A stretch of 64,000 nucleotides of DNA, from contig OZ240211.1 of assembly GCA_965197525.1 (NCBI GenBank), positions 1,408,001-1,472,000 on the forward strand. The letters are read 5' to 3'. The notes under the pieces were generated by a model. It did not search any database, was not told the DNA's origin, and saw only the letters and a list, made by a program, of their open reading frames with translations. Origin of the DNA: Nitrosopumilus sp. (GTDB taxonomy: Archaea; Thermoproteota; Nitrososphaeria; Nitrososphaerales; Nitrosopumilaceae). Position numbers and translations under genes: made by a program. Below, piece by piece: positions 50,295 to 62,990 of this stretch. The first letter of the stretch is position 1. Each line of letters begins with the position of its first letter.

Positions 50295-50386
50295 GTATGC
50301 ACTCAGGTCTCATTCGTTTATAGGTGTGATTTTACAGGATGCTACGTTTTTTTGTGCCTACGCAGACACCTGACCTGAGTGCATAC
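50295..50386. mobile_element. 92-bp MITE
   Basis: Perfect 15-bp TIRs GTATGCACTCAGGTC / GACCTGAGTGCATAC; 8-bp TSD GGGATGTG (50287-94, 50387-94); empty-site homolog at 37041-37060. Confidence 0.85.
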
Positions 50387-50679
50387 GGGATGTGAACAGC
50401 ATGGCGCTCTGTCTTTCAGTACCGTCAGAGATCATCGCCCTGACGATTATCCATTCATTGTATAATATCAGAGAATAGTAAAAGCGCAGCATTCTGGATT
50501 CTATATTCGTGATTCGCGTCTTGGTCCCACACTCTTCTATTTTGCCGTATCCTGTCTCTATTCCCCATCTTTTGGCATACACCTAGGTCTTGATTGCAGG
50601 ATGGTTTGTTGCAAATCCGATGTATCTCTCTTCCGGGGCATCAGAGTCCTTGGCATTTTTTCTGTCAGTTATCATGATA

Positions 50680-51769
50680 TAGAGTGGCGTCATTAAGTCT
50701 TTGCAATTGCTTTTCTGAACATATACTGTTCAATATTATGATTGAATGTAGCGGTTCTTAGATATATCATTGCGGCTCGTGCACGGTCACTAACATGTTC
50801 ATGGTGTTCATACATGAAAGGTTGAATCTTTAACTGGTGCCAACATTCTTCAATTGCATTAAATTCAGGACATCCTGTAGGCAAATACATTATTCGCAGT
50901 CTAGAACTGTTTGCTTTTACAAATTTTTTAAACTTTTTTGTTTTATGTTGGGGTGCTGCATCCATTACAATGGCTACCTTGTCAGATAGTTCCAATAGTT
51001 TTTTAACAAATTTGAGAAACGTCGGATCGTTGAATTTTTTTTTCTGTAAAAAATATTGATGTGAGTCTGATATTGCACCATAAATTACACGTCTCTGATG
51101 ATCTCCAAAATAAACTCGGAGTATTTTTTGACCCACCGGCGACCATGGATCGCGCTTTGTGACATAGTCATGCATCAATATTGATTCATCCTGTACATAC
51201 AGCTCAAAACCGTCCCGTTTTACGCATGAAATCCACCATTTCAGGGATTTTTGCCACTCTTCTATCTGTTCACTAGATGCCTTGTGTTTGTGTGTGGAAT
51301 CCGGGTACCTTTGGAGTAAAGTTATGACGACGCAATATGTCACGTATTCCAGATTCGGTGTATTTTACTCCTGTATCTTTTTTTATTTTATATACAAGCT
51401 GCTTTGGAAAAATACCGTTTTTGACATTTGTTAAAAATTCTGTAATCTTATGATTGGCTATTTTTGGCGGGCGTCCAGATCTTGGTTTCTCATACAATCC
51501 TACAACTCCAAATTCTTTAAATCGCATAACCCAATTTTTAATTGTGTTGTAAGATTTGTAAAACAGCTGTGCGATTGTTGAAATCGTTTCATCTTCCTCT
51601 ACGACATTTAACACTGCAAGCATTCGTTCTTTTGCCTTTGTGTTTAATTCCCTCTTATATACACATATTAATTCCACATTCTGGTTTTCCACGATGGGCG
51701 ATAAATGTTTCAAGCTATAAATGTTTCTAGTGTTTTTGAAAATTGCAAAGACTTTTTGACGTCACTCTA
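50680..51769 (-). mobile_element. IS630-family element
   Basis: 29-bp terminal IRs including TA (26/29 match): TAGAGTGGCGTCATTAAGTCTTTGCAATT / AATTGCAAAGACTTTTTGACGTCACTCTA; TA target. Confidence 0.9.
50693..51713 (-). pseudogene. IS630 transposase split by a one-base frameshift (HTH part 51273..51713, DDE part 50693..51343)
   Basis: WVMRFKEFG..GLYEKPRSGRP; QDES, VMDAAPQH, PEFNAIEECW; shift at GTACCCGGAT (~51305). Confidence 0.85.
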
Positions 51770-52333
51770 GTATGCGACAGAATGCCAATTGTTTTCAATC
51801 ACATTCTCCAAGATCTTCCCTCTCCTCCCTTGTTCAAACTCTTGCAGAGCAACATCCAAGCCGGCAGACAAGAACACAAAACGCATGACGCAGACACATC
51901 TGCGAATCGAGATAATAACCGTGCTTGCCCGGCACGAACCGCGCTATAAGACGCCGCCTGACATCGGATCACTGTGTTCGTACTAGACATCTACGACGTA
52001 CATCAAACATCAAATTTCAGACGTTCTGTTAGATGTACAAATAGATAGGATAAAAAACTGTTCATATTTTTAAAATGTTTGATACATCTATTATCAGAAA
52101 AGCCAGTACCTTTTCTGAAGATTAGGCTGTCATGTTCGGTTTTGCCTGCAGACGGATCTTTAAACTATACGCAATAGCCATCAAGCCTGTCTTTTTCTCA
52201 AAGATGACGATATTTGAAAGCACCGCATTGATTTTTAGACGTTAGATTAGGCTCACTTTTGGGTTAACTGTGGAATACCCAATCTTTTAAATAGCCACTG
52301 TGGATTATTGTATGATCATGGTGGAAATGTGAT

Positions 52334-55300
52334 ATGAATACATTAAGAATTCATCATACTATGACAGTCATGGCCATTGTGGTAGTGACTGTATCTTTGT
52401 TACTTTTCCAGTACTATGATGTCAGTTTTGCGTCTGCCTATATGACTGACCCTGTGATCACGATAACTTACAGCCCCCCCCTCCACCATACACCTGTAAC
52501 GGTAACTACCTCAGAGATACAGCAGTCGGCAGCCAGTTTTCTGAACCGTGAGTACGGGCGAATCGACGTACTCAACCCGCAGTCCTATCCTGTAGTGGGC
52601 GGGGAGTGGACGATAAACTTTAGGACATACGGTACCCATAACCTAACAATCTCTGTAATAAACGGCACCACGTTTGGGGACTCTTCTCCTGACGACGTGG
52701 GGTTTGTGGGGGTATTGTGCGGCAACGACTCCATACTGGATGCTACAGCACATGATGGGATCATTACGTTTGAGGACTATCAGTGCGACGGCATCGCAAG
52801 CCTCGTGCTATCGGTTCACACCCCTGGCATACACGACATACATCTAAGCTTTGGTGCAGATACTGCGTACGCATCAAACAACGCGTATCCAAACTCCGTA
52901 GTGGAGATAAACAGCTCCACTGCAAACGGTCCCACGCTATCAGACTTTGACCGTTTCGGCTTCTCCGTTACTCCCATAGGCGACCTTGACGGCGACGGGG
53001 TGACAGACCTTGCAGTTGGTGCTGCTCAAGATGACGGCGGCGGATCAGACCGCGGCGCAGTACACATAATGTTTATGAATACAAACGGCACGGTAAACAG
53101 CACAGTAGAGATAAACGACTCCACTACAAACGGTCCCACGCTATCAGACGATGACTTTTTCGGCAGATCCGTTGCTGCCATAGGCGACCTTGACGGCGAC
53201 GGGGTGACAGACCTTGCAGTTGGTGCTGATCGAGATGACAACAGCGGATCAAACCGCGGCGCAGTACACATAATGTTTATGAATGCTGACGGCACGGTAA
53301 ACAGCACAGTAGAGATAAACGACTCCACTGCAAACGGTCCCACGCTATCAGACAATGACCGTTTCGGCGTCTCCGTTACTCCCATAGGCGACCTTGACGG
53401 CGACGGGGTGACAGACCTTGCAGTTGGTGCTAATCGAGATGACGACGGCGGGCTAGACCGCGGCGCAGTACACATAATGTTTATGAATACAAACGGTACG
53501 GTAGACAGCACAGTAGAGATAAACAGCTCCACTGCAAACGGTCCCACGCTATCAAACAGTGACTATTTCGGCTTCTCCGTTGCTGCCATAGGCGACCTTG
53601 ACGGCGACGGGGTGACAGACCTTGCAGTTGGTGCTCATCTAGATAACGGCGGCGGATCAAACCGCGGCGCAGTACACATAATGTTTATGAATACCGACGG
53701 CACGGTAGACAGCACAGTAGAGATAAACGACTCCACTGCAAACGGTCCCACGCTATCAGACGATGACTATTTCGGCGTCTCCGTTACTCCCATAGGCGAC
53801 CTTGACGGCGACGGGGTGACAGACCTTGCAGTTGGTGCTTATCAAGATGACGGCGACGGCGGATCAGACCGCGGCGCAGTACACATAATGTTTATGAATA
53901 CTGACGGCACGGTAGACAGCACAGTAGAGATAAACGACTCCACTGCAAACGGTCCCACGCTATCAAACATTGACTATTTCGGCTTCTCCGTTGCTTCCAT
54001 AGGCGACCTTGACGGCGACGGGGTGACAGACCTTGCAGTTGGTGCTTTTCTAGATGACAACGGCGGATCAGGACGCGGCGCCGTACATATAATCTTCATT
54101 AATGACATGAGAACTGCCGGAAACGGCTCTGTTGACAGCACAGTAGAGATAAACGACTCCACTGCAAACGGTCCCACGCTATCAAACAATGACCGTTTCG
54201 GCGTCTCCGTTACTCCCATAGGCGACCTTGACGGCGACGGGGTGACAGACCTTGCAGTTGGTGCTAGTCGAGATAACGAGCGGCGGACGAGACCACGGCA
54301 CCGTACACATAATGTTTATGAATGCTGACGGTACGGTAAACAGCACAGTAGAGATAAACGACTCCACTGCAAACGGTCCCACGCTATCAAACGATGACTA
54401 TTTCGGCATCTCCGTTGCTTCCATAGGCGACCTTGACGGCGACGGGGTGACAGACCTTGCAGTTGGTGCTTATGGAGATGACGACCGCGGATCAAGCCGC
54501 GGCGCAGTACACATAATGTTTATGAATACAAACGGCACGGTAAACAGCACAGTAGAGATAAACGACTCCACTGCAAACGGTCCCAGGCTATCGAGCAGTG
54601 ACTATTTCGGCTTCTCCGTTGCTTCCATAGGCGACCTTGACGGCGACGGGGTGACAGACCTCGCAGTTGGCGCTTATCAAGACGACGGCGGCGGATCAAA
54701 CCGCGGCGCAGTACACATAATGTTTATGAATATGGACGGCACGGTAGACAGCACAGTAGAGATAAACGACTCCACTGCAAACGGTCCCACGCTATCAAGC
54801 TTTGACAATTTCGGCATCTCCGTTGCTTCCATAGGCGACCTTGACGGCGACGGGGTGACAGACCTCGCAGTTGGCGCTTATCGAGATGACGACGGCGGCG
54901 GATCAGACCGCGGCGCAGTACACATAATGTTTATGAATGCTGACGGCACGGTAGACAGCACAGTAGAGATAAACGACTCCACTGCAAACGGTCCCACGCT
55001 ATCAAGCAATGACCGTTTCGGCGTCTCCGTTACTCCCATAGGCGACCTTGACGGCGACGGGGTGACAGACCTCGCAGTTGGTGCTCATCAAGACGACGAC
55101 GGCGGATCAAACCGCGGCGCAGTACACATAATGTTTATGAATGCTGACGGCACGGTAGACAGCACAGTAGAGATAAACGACTCCACTGCAAACGGTCCCA
55201 CGCTATCAAACAGTGACTATTTCGGCGTCTCCGTTGCTTCCATAGGCGACCTTGACGGCGACGGGGTGACAGACCTTGCAGTTGGTGCTAGTCGAGATAA

Positions 55301-58300
55301 CGACGGCGGACCAGACCGCGGCGCCATCAATGTCATATATCTTGACAAAGAGGTACTGGTCCGTGCCGTATCCTCTACAACCGCAGACGGTACCTACGGA
55401 TCAGGAGATACAGTAGACATTACCATCAAATTCTCAGAACCAGTCACCGTAACTGGGACACCTCAACTCGCACTTGATACCAATCCTTCAAGGCAGGGCA
55501 ACTATTCATCAGGCTCAGGCACTGACACCCTTACCTTCAAGTACGAGGTACAGACTGGAGATACATCTGCAGATCTCCAATATGTTTCAGAGAACCCATT
55601 GATGCTGGTGGAGGGAGTGTCGACTGTTACTGCCCTAAAAAGCCCGAGTGAGGATGCTGTCCCTACACTCCCGGATCCTGTAGTAATGTTTGACTTTAAC
55701 CCTCCAGGCGCATTCGGATCCCTTGGGCAAAACAAAGATATTGTAATTGGTACCACCGCCACCAACCAGCCCCCAACTATCAGCAGCATAACCGGCGACA
55801 CTACAATCAACGAGGGCGCATCAGGCACGCTCACGGGTACTGCCTCCGATTCTGACGGCACCATATCCTCGTACCTGTGGAGCGTGGATGATACGTCTAC
55901 TATCACGATCACGACTGGCGATGCGGCTATCCTGCAATACACTGCATCACAGGTATCCTCGAATACCCAAGTTACATTTACCCTCACTGTTACCGACGAC
56001 GACGGGGCCACGGCATCTGCCACCTACGATGTCACGGTAAACAATGTGCCAGTCCCCAACCAGTCCCCAACTATCAGCAGCATAACCGGCGACACTACAA
56101 TCAACGAGGGCGCATCAGGCACGCTCACGGGTACTGCCTCTGACTCTGATGGTACAATATCCACATACGCGTGGAGCGTGGATGACACATCTGTTATTAC
56201 GATAACGTCCGGTAACGCAGCAACCCTGCAGTACACTGCGTCACAGGTATCCTCAAACACCCAAGTTACATTTACCCTCACTGTTACTGACGACGACGGG
56301 GCCACGGCTTTTGACACCTACGATGTCACGGTAAACAATGTGCCAGTCCCCAACCAGTCCCCAACTATCAGCAGCATAACTGGCGACACTACAATCAACG
56401 AGGGCGCATCAGGCACGCTCACGGGTACTGCCTCTGATTCTGACGGTACAATATCCACATACGCGTGGAGCGTGGATGACACATCTGTTATTACGATAAC
56501 GTCCGGTAACGCAGCAACCCTGCAGTACACTGCGTCACAGGTATCCTCGGACACCCAAGTTACATTTACCCTCACTGTTACCGACGACGACGGGGCCACG
56601 GCTTTTGACACCTACGATGTCACGGTAAACAATGTGCCAGTCCCCAACCAGTCCCCAACTATCAGCAGCATAACTGGCGACACTACAATCAACGAGGGCG
56701 CATCAGGCACGCTCACGGGTACTGCCTCTGATTCTGACGGCACCATATCCTCGTACCTGTGGAGCGTGGATGACACATCTGTTATTACGATAACGTCCGG
56801 TAACGCAGCAACCCTGCAGTACACTGCGTCACAGGTATCATCTGACACCCAAGTTACATTTACCCTCACTGTTACTGACGACGACGGGGCCACGGCTTTT
56901 GACACCTATGACGTCACGGTAACCGATGTGCCAGTTCCCACGGTAACAGACACCACTCCGCCCCGCGTTGCCTTTATTGTTGACAGGACAGTAGAGATAA
57001 ACGACTCCACTGCAAACGGTCCCACGCTATCAAACAGTGACCGTTTCGGCGTCTCCGTTACTCCCATAGGCGACCTTGACGGCGACGGGGTGACAGACCT
57101 TGCAGTTGGTGCTGCTCGAGACGACGACGGCGGACTAGACCGCGGCGCAGTACACATAATGTTTATGAATACAAACGGCACGATAAACAGCACAGTAGAG
57201 ATAAACGACTCCACTGCAAACGGTCCCACGCTATCAAGCAATGACCGTTTCGGCGCCTCCGTTACTCCCATAGGCGACCTTGACGGCGACGGGGTGACAG
57301 ACCTTGCAGTTGGTGCTTATCAAGATAACGGCGACGGCGGATCAGACCGCGGCGCAGTACACATAATGTTTATGAATACTGACGGCACGATAAACAGCAC
57401 AGTAGAGATAAACAACTCCACTGCAAACGGTCCCAGGCTATCAGACGATGACAATTTCGGCAGATCCGTTGCTTCCATAGGCGACCTTGACGGCGACGGG
57501 GTGACAGACCTCGCAGTTGGTGCTTATCAAGATGACGGCGACGGCGGATCAGACCGCGGCGCAGTACACATAATGTTTATGAATACTGACGGTACGGTAG
57601 ACAGCACAGTAGAGATAAACGACTCCACTGCAAACGGTCCCACGCTATCAAGCAATGACCGTTTCGGCGCCTCCGTTACTCCCATAGGCGACCTTGACGG
57701 CGACGGGGTGACAGACCTCGCAGTTGGTGCTCAGGGAGATGACGACGGCGGATCAGACCGCGGCGCAGTACACATAATGTTTATGAATACTGACGGTACG
57801 GTAGACAGCACAGTAGAGATAAACAGCTCCACTGCAAACGGTCCCACGCTATCAAACAATGACAATTTCGGCAGATCCGTTGCTTCCATAGGCGACTTTG
57901 ACGGCGACGGGGTGACAGACCTCGCAGTTGGTGCTTATCAAGATGATAACGGCGGATCAGACCGCGGCGCAGTACACATAATGTTTATGAATACTGACGG
58001 CACGGTAGACAGCACAGTAGAGATAAACGACTCCACTGCAAACGGTCCCACGCTATCAGACAGTGACAAGTTCGGCGCCTCCGTTGCTTCCATAGGCGAC
58101 CTTGACGGCGACGGGGTGACAGACCTTGCAGTTGGTGCTTATCGAGATGACGACGGCGGGCGAGACCGCGGCGCCATCAATGTCATATATCTTGACAAGG
58201 AAGTAGAGCAAAACAAAGATATTGATCCCACCGCCCCCACGGTAACAGACACCACTCCGCCCCGCGTTGCCTCCATACTGCGTGGTACCCCTCTAGCTCA

Positions 58301-61300
58301 ATCCACAACTGATACCACCTTGGTGTTTGCTGTCACGTTTGATGAACCGGTAACCAACGTGGATGCTGCCGATTTTACAGTAACGGGCACCGGCACCGGC
58401 ACAATATCTGGCGTATCAGGTTCCGGTGCATCATACCGGGTAACAGTCGCAGTAGATAATGTTGGAACCATCGGCTTGGATATCGCACAAAACCACGACA
58501 TACAGGATACCGCAACCAACCGTTTGGCCAACCTGGCACCTACCGGCTCTGATCAGACCTACACAGTCACGGTAACAGACACCACTCCGCCCCGCGTTGC
58601 CTTCATTGTTGACAGGACAGTAGAGATAAACGACTCCACTGCAAACGGTCCCACGCTATCAGACTTTGACCGTTTCGGCGTCTCCGTTACTCCCATAGGC
58701 GACCTTGACGGCGACGGGGTGACAGACCTCGCAGTTGGTGCTAGTCGAGATGACGACGGCGGATCAGACCGCGGCGCAGTACACATAATGTTTATGAATG
58801 CTGACGGTACGGTAGACAGCACAGTAGAGATAAACAACTCCACTGCAAACGGTCCCACGCTATCAGACGATGACTATTTCGGCGCCTCCGTTGCTTCCAT
58901 AGGCGACCTTGACGGCGACGGGGTGACAGACCTTGCAGTTGGTGCTCATCGAGATGACGACGGCGGATCAGACCGCGGCGCAGTACACATAATGTTTATG
59001 AATGCTGACGGCACGATAAACAGCACAGTAGAGATAAACGACTCCACTGCAAACGGTCCCACGCTATCAAACAATGACCGTTTCGGCGTCTCCGTTGCTT
59101 CCATAGGCGACCTTGACGGCGACGGGGTGACAGACCTCGCAGTTGGTGCTTATCAAGATGACAACGGCGGAGAAGACCGCGGCGCAGTACACATAATGTT
59201 TATGAATGCTGACGGCACGATAAACAGCACAGTAGAGATAAACGACTCCACTGCAAACGGTCCCACGCTATCAGACGATGACTTTTTCGGCGCCTCCGTT
59301 ACTCCCATAGGCGACCTTGACGGCGACGGGGTGACAGACCTTGCAGTTGGTGCTCATCGAGATGACGACGGCGGATCAGACCGCGGCGCAGTACACATAA
59401 TGTTTATGAATACTGACGGCACGGTAGACAGCACAGTAGAGATAAACGACTCCACTGCAAACGGTCCCACGCTATCAAACAATGACAATTTCGGCAGATC
59501 CGTTGCTTCCATAGGCGACTTTGACGGCGACGGGGTGACAGACCTTGCAGTTGGCGCTCATGGAGACGACGACGGCGGATCAGACCGCGGCGCCGTACAC
59601 ATAATGTTTATGAATGCTGACGGCACGGTAGACAGCACAGTAGAGATAAACGACTCCACTACAAACGGTCCCACGCTATCAGACGATGACTTTTTCGGCG
59701 CCTCCGTTGCTTCCATAGGCGACCTTGACGGCGACGGGGTGACAGACCTCGCAGTTGGCGCTTATGGAGACGACGAGGGCGGATCAAGCCGCGGCGCCAT
59801 CAATGTCATATATCTTGACAAGGAAGTAGAGCAAAACAAAGATATTGATCCCACCGCCCCCACGGTAACAGACACCACTCCGCCCCGCGTTGCCTCCATA
59901 CTGCGTGGTACCCCTCTAGCTCAATCCACAACTGATACCACCTTGGTGTTTGCTGTCACGTTTGATGAGCCGGTAACCAACGTGGATGATGCTGACTTTA
60001 CAGTAACAGGCACCGGCACAATATCTGGCGTATCAGGTTCCGGTGCATCATACCGGGTAACAGTCACAGTAACCGCTAGTGGAACCATCGGCTTGGATAT
60101 CGCACAAAACCACGACATACAGGATGCTGCAACCAACGGTCTGACTGACCTGACAGTGATCGGCTCTAATGAGACCTACACAGTCAACCGGTTACCCGTA
60201 CTGAATAATATCTCACCGCAGACTGGAGATGAGCTTACACTCCTCACATTCACTGCTGAAGCAACTGATCCTGATGATAACGATGCCCGGACATACTCCC
60301 TTATCGAGCCGATACCTGACGGTGCCGCGATGGATACCAACACCGGAGTGTTCTCATGGACGCCAACTGAGGAACAGGATGGCCGTCACACCATAACCGT
60401 ACAGGTCTCTGATGGTAACGGAGGCACAGACTCGCAAAACGTCACAATAACTGTAACTGAGGTAAATCAGAATCCACGACTTGATCCCATAGGTGCACAG
60501 ACCATAGATGAGACAGACACGCTTAGGTTTACTGCAACAGCCCATGACGTCGACATATATCAAGGCTCTCCTAACTCTTTGAGATTCTCACTTGACGGGG
60601 ACATGCCACGTGGTGCATCAATCACCCGGGAAGGCTCGTTCTCTTGGAGGCCTGACCAGTCCCAGGACGGCGTACACTCCATTAATGTGACCGTCTCGGA
60701 TGGTAACGGTGGCACAGCATCTGAACTGGTATCAGTTACAGTAAATGACATAGCTCCACGTCTTGTATCTGTACGGGGCTCTGGCTCTTCTATAACGCTG
60801 ACATTCTCTGAGCCAGTCAAAATCAATGGAGCAGGCCTCAACGGATTTACAGTATCCTCTTCTTCTGGTAGTACAGTCACAGTGGAATCCATCACCGGAA
60901 ATGGCACAAACACCCTTACGTTACTACTTGACGGTTCACTGTCTCGTGGGGACACGCTCTCATACGACAGCGGTACAGGCGATGTTGTAGACGAGTCAGG
61001 CAAACCTTTGGAATCATTTGTTGATGCGGCCATACTGCTCAAGTCCAAAAAGTCAGGTACCGCACCACCGCCATCTGTGGATACACTTGAGATAAACGGC
61101 CAGAGTTACAATGTTCAAAACAGGGTAAACCATCATGCCACGCCGCTGGAGGTTGCAGTAGACCAACAACCCATATCCATGAGTTTTACGGCACACGACA
61201 GACTTGACATACTCTACTTTGCAGTATACCTGAACCTGCAAGATGATGACATATCATACACGAACAGTGATACATACGTGGAATACAACAGAGGCCAAAC

Positions 61301-61859
61301 CAACATAGTTGATCCTCATAACCTGTTCTCAGATGCCTCCATCACTATATCAACTGACCCTGATGATCGCAATAAAAAGACAGTCGCACTTGATATCACG
61401 TTTGCAGATGCGATAGGGAATACCAACATGGTAATCAGAACTTGGAACGCAGACCGTCAGTCTTCAATAGTCATAATAGTTGATGCGCTAAACATCATAC
61501 CCTCAAAAGTAGATCCAGAGCCCCAGGCAACAACGGAGGCAGACCCAGAGCCCCAAGTAGCAGAGGCGAACCCAGAACCCCGGTCACCTGCTGCAGTACC
61601 TGATAATCCAGAACCTGTGATTGAAACTTTTGATGATGACTCAGACTATGACCGTGCATTGCTTGTACTGCGCATGTGGTCTGGATTTGAGTCTGAGGTG
61701 GCAGACGACGGCCAACTGTTAGATGTCATGGGCCTGACTCACATGGGAGCAGACATACCTGCCTGGGTCATGACTGATCTTGCACCACTAGTGGTAAAAG
61801 GACTGATAACCCTAGATGAGTTCAGGGTTGCGTTACAGTACGTGATGGGGAATACCTGA
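52334..61859 (+). CDS. Giant secreted FG-GAP/PKD/Ig-repeat surface protein (~3,170 aa if the +1 frameshift at ~54280 is corrected)
   Basis: Signal-like N-terminus; 24 IGD(L/F)DGDGVTDLAVGA repeats; 4 PKD-like units; Ig/cadherin-like units; C-terminal W..IPAWV..V.KG.I...EF..AL.Y. Track ORFs 52334..54328 and 54252..61859 join at an extra G. Confidence 0.88.
52900..55345 (+). repeat. FG-GAP array 1 (12 units of ~183-201 bp)
   Basis: Near-identical ATAGGCGACCTTGACGGCGACGGGGTGACAGAC core counted 12 times. Confidence 0.92.
55764..56939 (+). repeat. Four tandem 294-bp PKD/Ig-like units
   Basis: Units start at 55764, 56058, 56352 and 56646 (AACCAG(C/T)CCCCAACTATCAGCAGC). Confidence 0.92.
56940..60170 (+). 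repeat. Tandem duplication of a 1,629-bp module (6 FG-GAP units plus an Ig-like domain)
   Basis: ACGGTAACAGACACCACTCCGCCCCGCGTTGCC at 56940 and 58569; shared linker DKEVEQNKDIDPTAPTVTDTTPPRVASILRG. Confidence 0.88.
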
Positions 61860-61991
61860 AGAAGCATCTAGTTTTTCAGATACTATTTTAAAAAATCTCA
61901 TTGATGATTCTTTTTTTACATTTACAAGCGGCGTTGTCCAAATTTTTGATTCAAAATCAGCGAAAAGCTCAAAGATCAGATCGCACGCCGC

Positions 61992-62980
61992 TTGATGAAC
62001 AAAAAACGTGATACAAACACGAAACACAGCAAAAACAAGAAACGATGCAAAAGCAAGTCCCAACGACAAGAAATGGGAACGCCCCGCCGGATACTACAAG
62101 GAATACGAGACATGGAGGAGTGGGGGGAGGGAGGGAGGGAGAGAGAGGGCCACGTAACTAGATTGCAAATCAAGGCCCTCACTGCCCTGTTGTATGAAAT
62201 CTACCCATCTGCCACCCCCCTGGCAAGGTGCGTATGATCCCATACATGGTATGCCTTACAGACCGGGAGTTCTGCTGCTGCCATTCATACCGTCAACATG
62301 TCTCATACCTGCAGACACATCAGGGAACACTGCACATGTATGGATTAAAAACCGCTCCATCAAAATCCTGCCTGCGCCACGCAGCCACCGTAATCGCAGA
62401 TTATGGGTGGCTGCACAAAGTAATGGAATGGCAGGCAGAATCCCACGCGCGCGGTTCCCTCTGGGCGACTCCACGGGGGTTGCCATAAACCAATACGCAG
62501 ACTGGGAAGAAGACGCCAAGAGGAGGACTTGTCTTCAGGCGCGAATTCGTCAAATTATACGTGATCGTCGATTCCAAGGGAAGAAAGATCGTCTCCTGTG
62601 CAGTCACCAAAGGATACGCGCACGACTCTCCCATATTCTGAGAGAGATTCGAGAATGTTCCAGACGGCACCGGATGCGCGATGCTTGATGCAGGATATGA
62701 CGCACACAAGAACTACAAGATGATCCGTGACTCGGACAGAAGACCCGTCATCTGCACCTGCAAGAACCACGTCGCAAGGGGATTCAGTCCTAGGGCAGAG
62801 ATGATCAGATGGCAGGAGAATAACCCCGAAGAGTTTGAAGACGTGCCACCAGTGCAGCATAATAGTCCGTGTTCTCGTCGTTCAAGTCATGTTCACTGCA
62901 ATGATTTGCGCAAAGACACTGCGGGTCCAAAGGCCGCTGCTCAGGCGCGTCTGCTACAACGTGCTGTCGTGATGGAATGA
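61992..62980 (+). pseudogene. IS5/IS4-type DDE transposase pseudogene
   Basis: GDSTGVAINQYADW, REFVKLY, VT.GYAHDSP, LDAGYDAHKNY, FSSFK spread over several frames. Confidence 0.75.
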
Positions 62981-62990
62981 CGCAAAAATG

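Larger units (their letters stand above)
50245..51990 (-). pseudogene. ISH3-family transposase pseudogene, interrupted by IS630 and by a MITE
   Basis: VAY/YIMITDRK rejoined across the IS630; YIGFATNHP, YAKRWGIETGY, LYNEW; internal stop; outer boundaries approximate. Confidence 0.72.

Noticed and set aside
50319-50334. TATAGGTGT as the right end of IS110 copy 2 (perfect ATAGGT match)
   Set aside because: It lies inside the MITE; the 50190-50219 segment aligns better with the right end of copy 1.
52900-59820. Regular ~186-bp repeats as a CRISPR array
   Set aside because: Units are in-frame protein repeats with no unique spacers, and there are no cas genes.
53026-61241. Many minus-strand ORFs (MGPFAVE..., MSKAVAP...)
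   Set aside because: Antisense shadows of the repetitive plus-strand gene.
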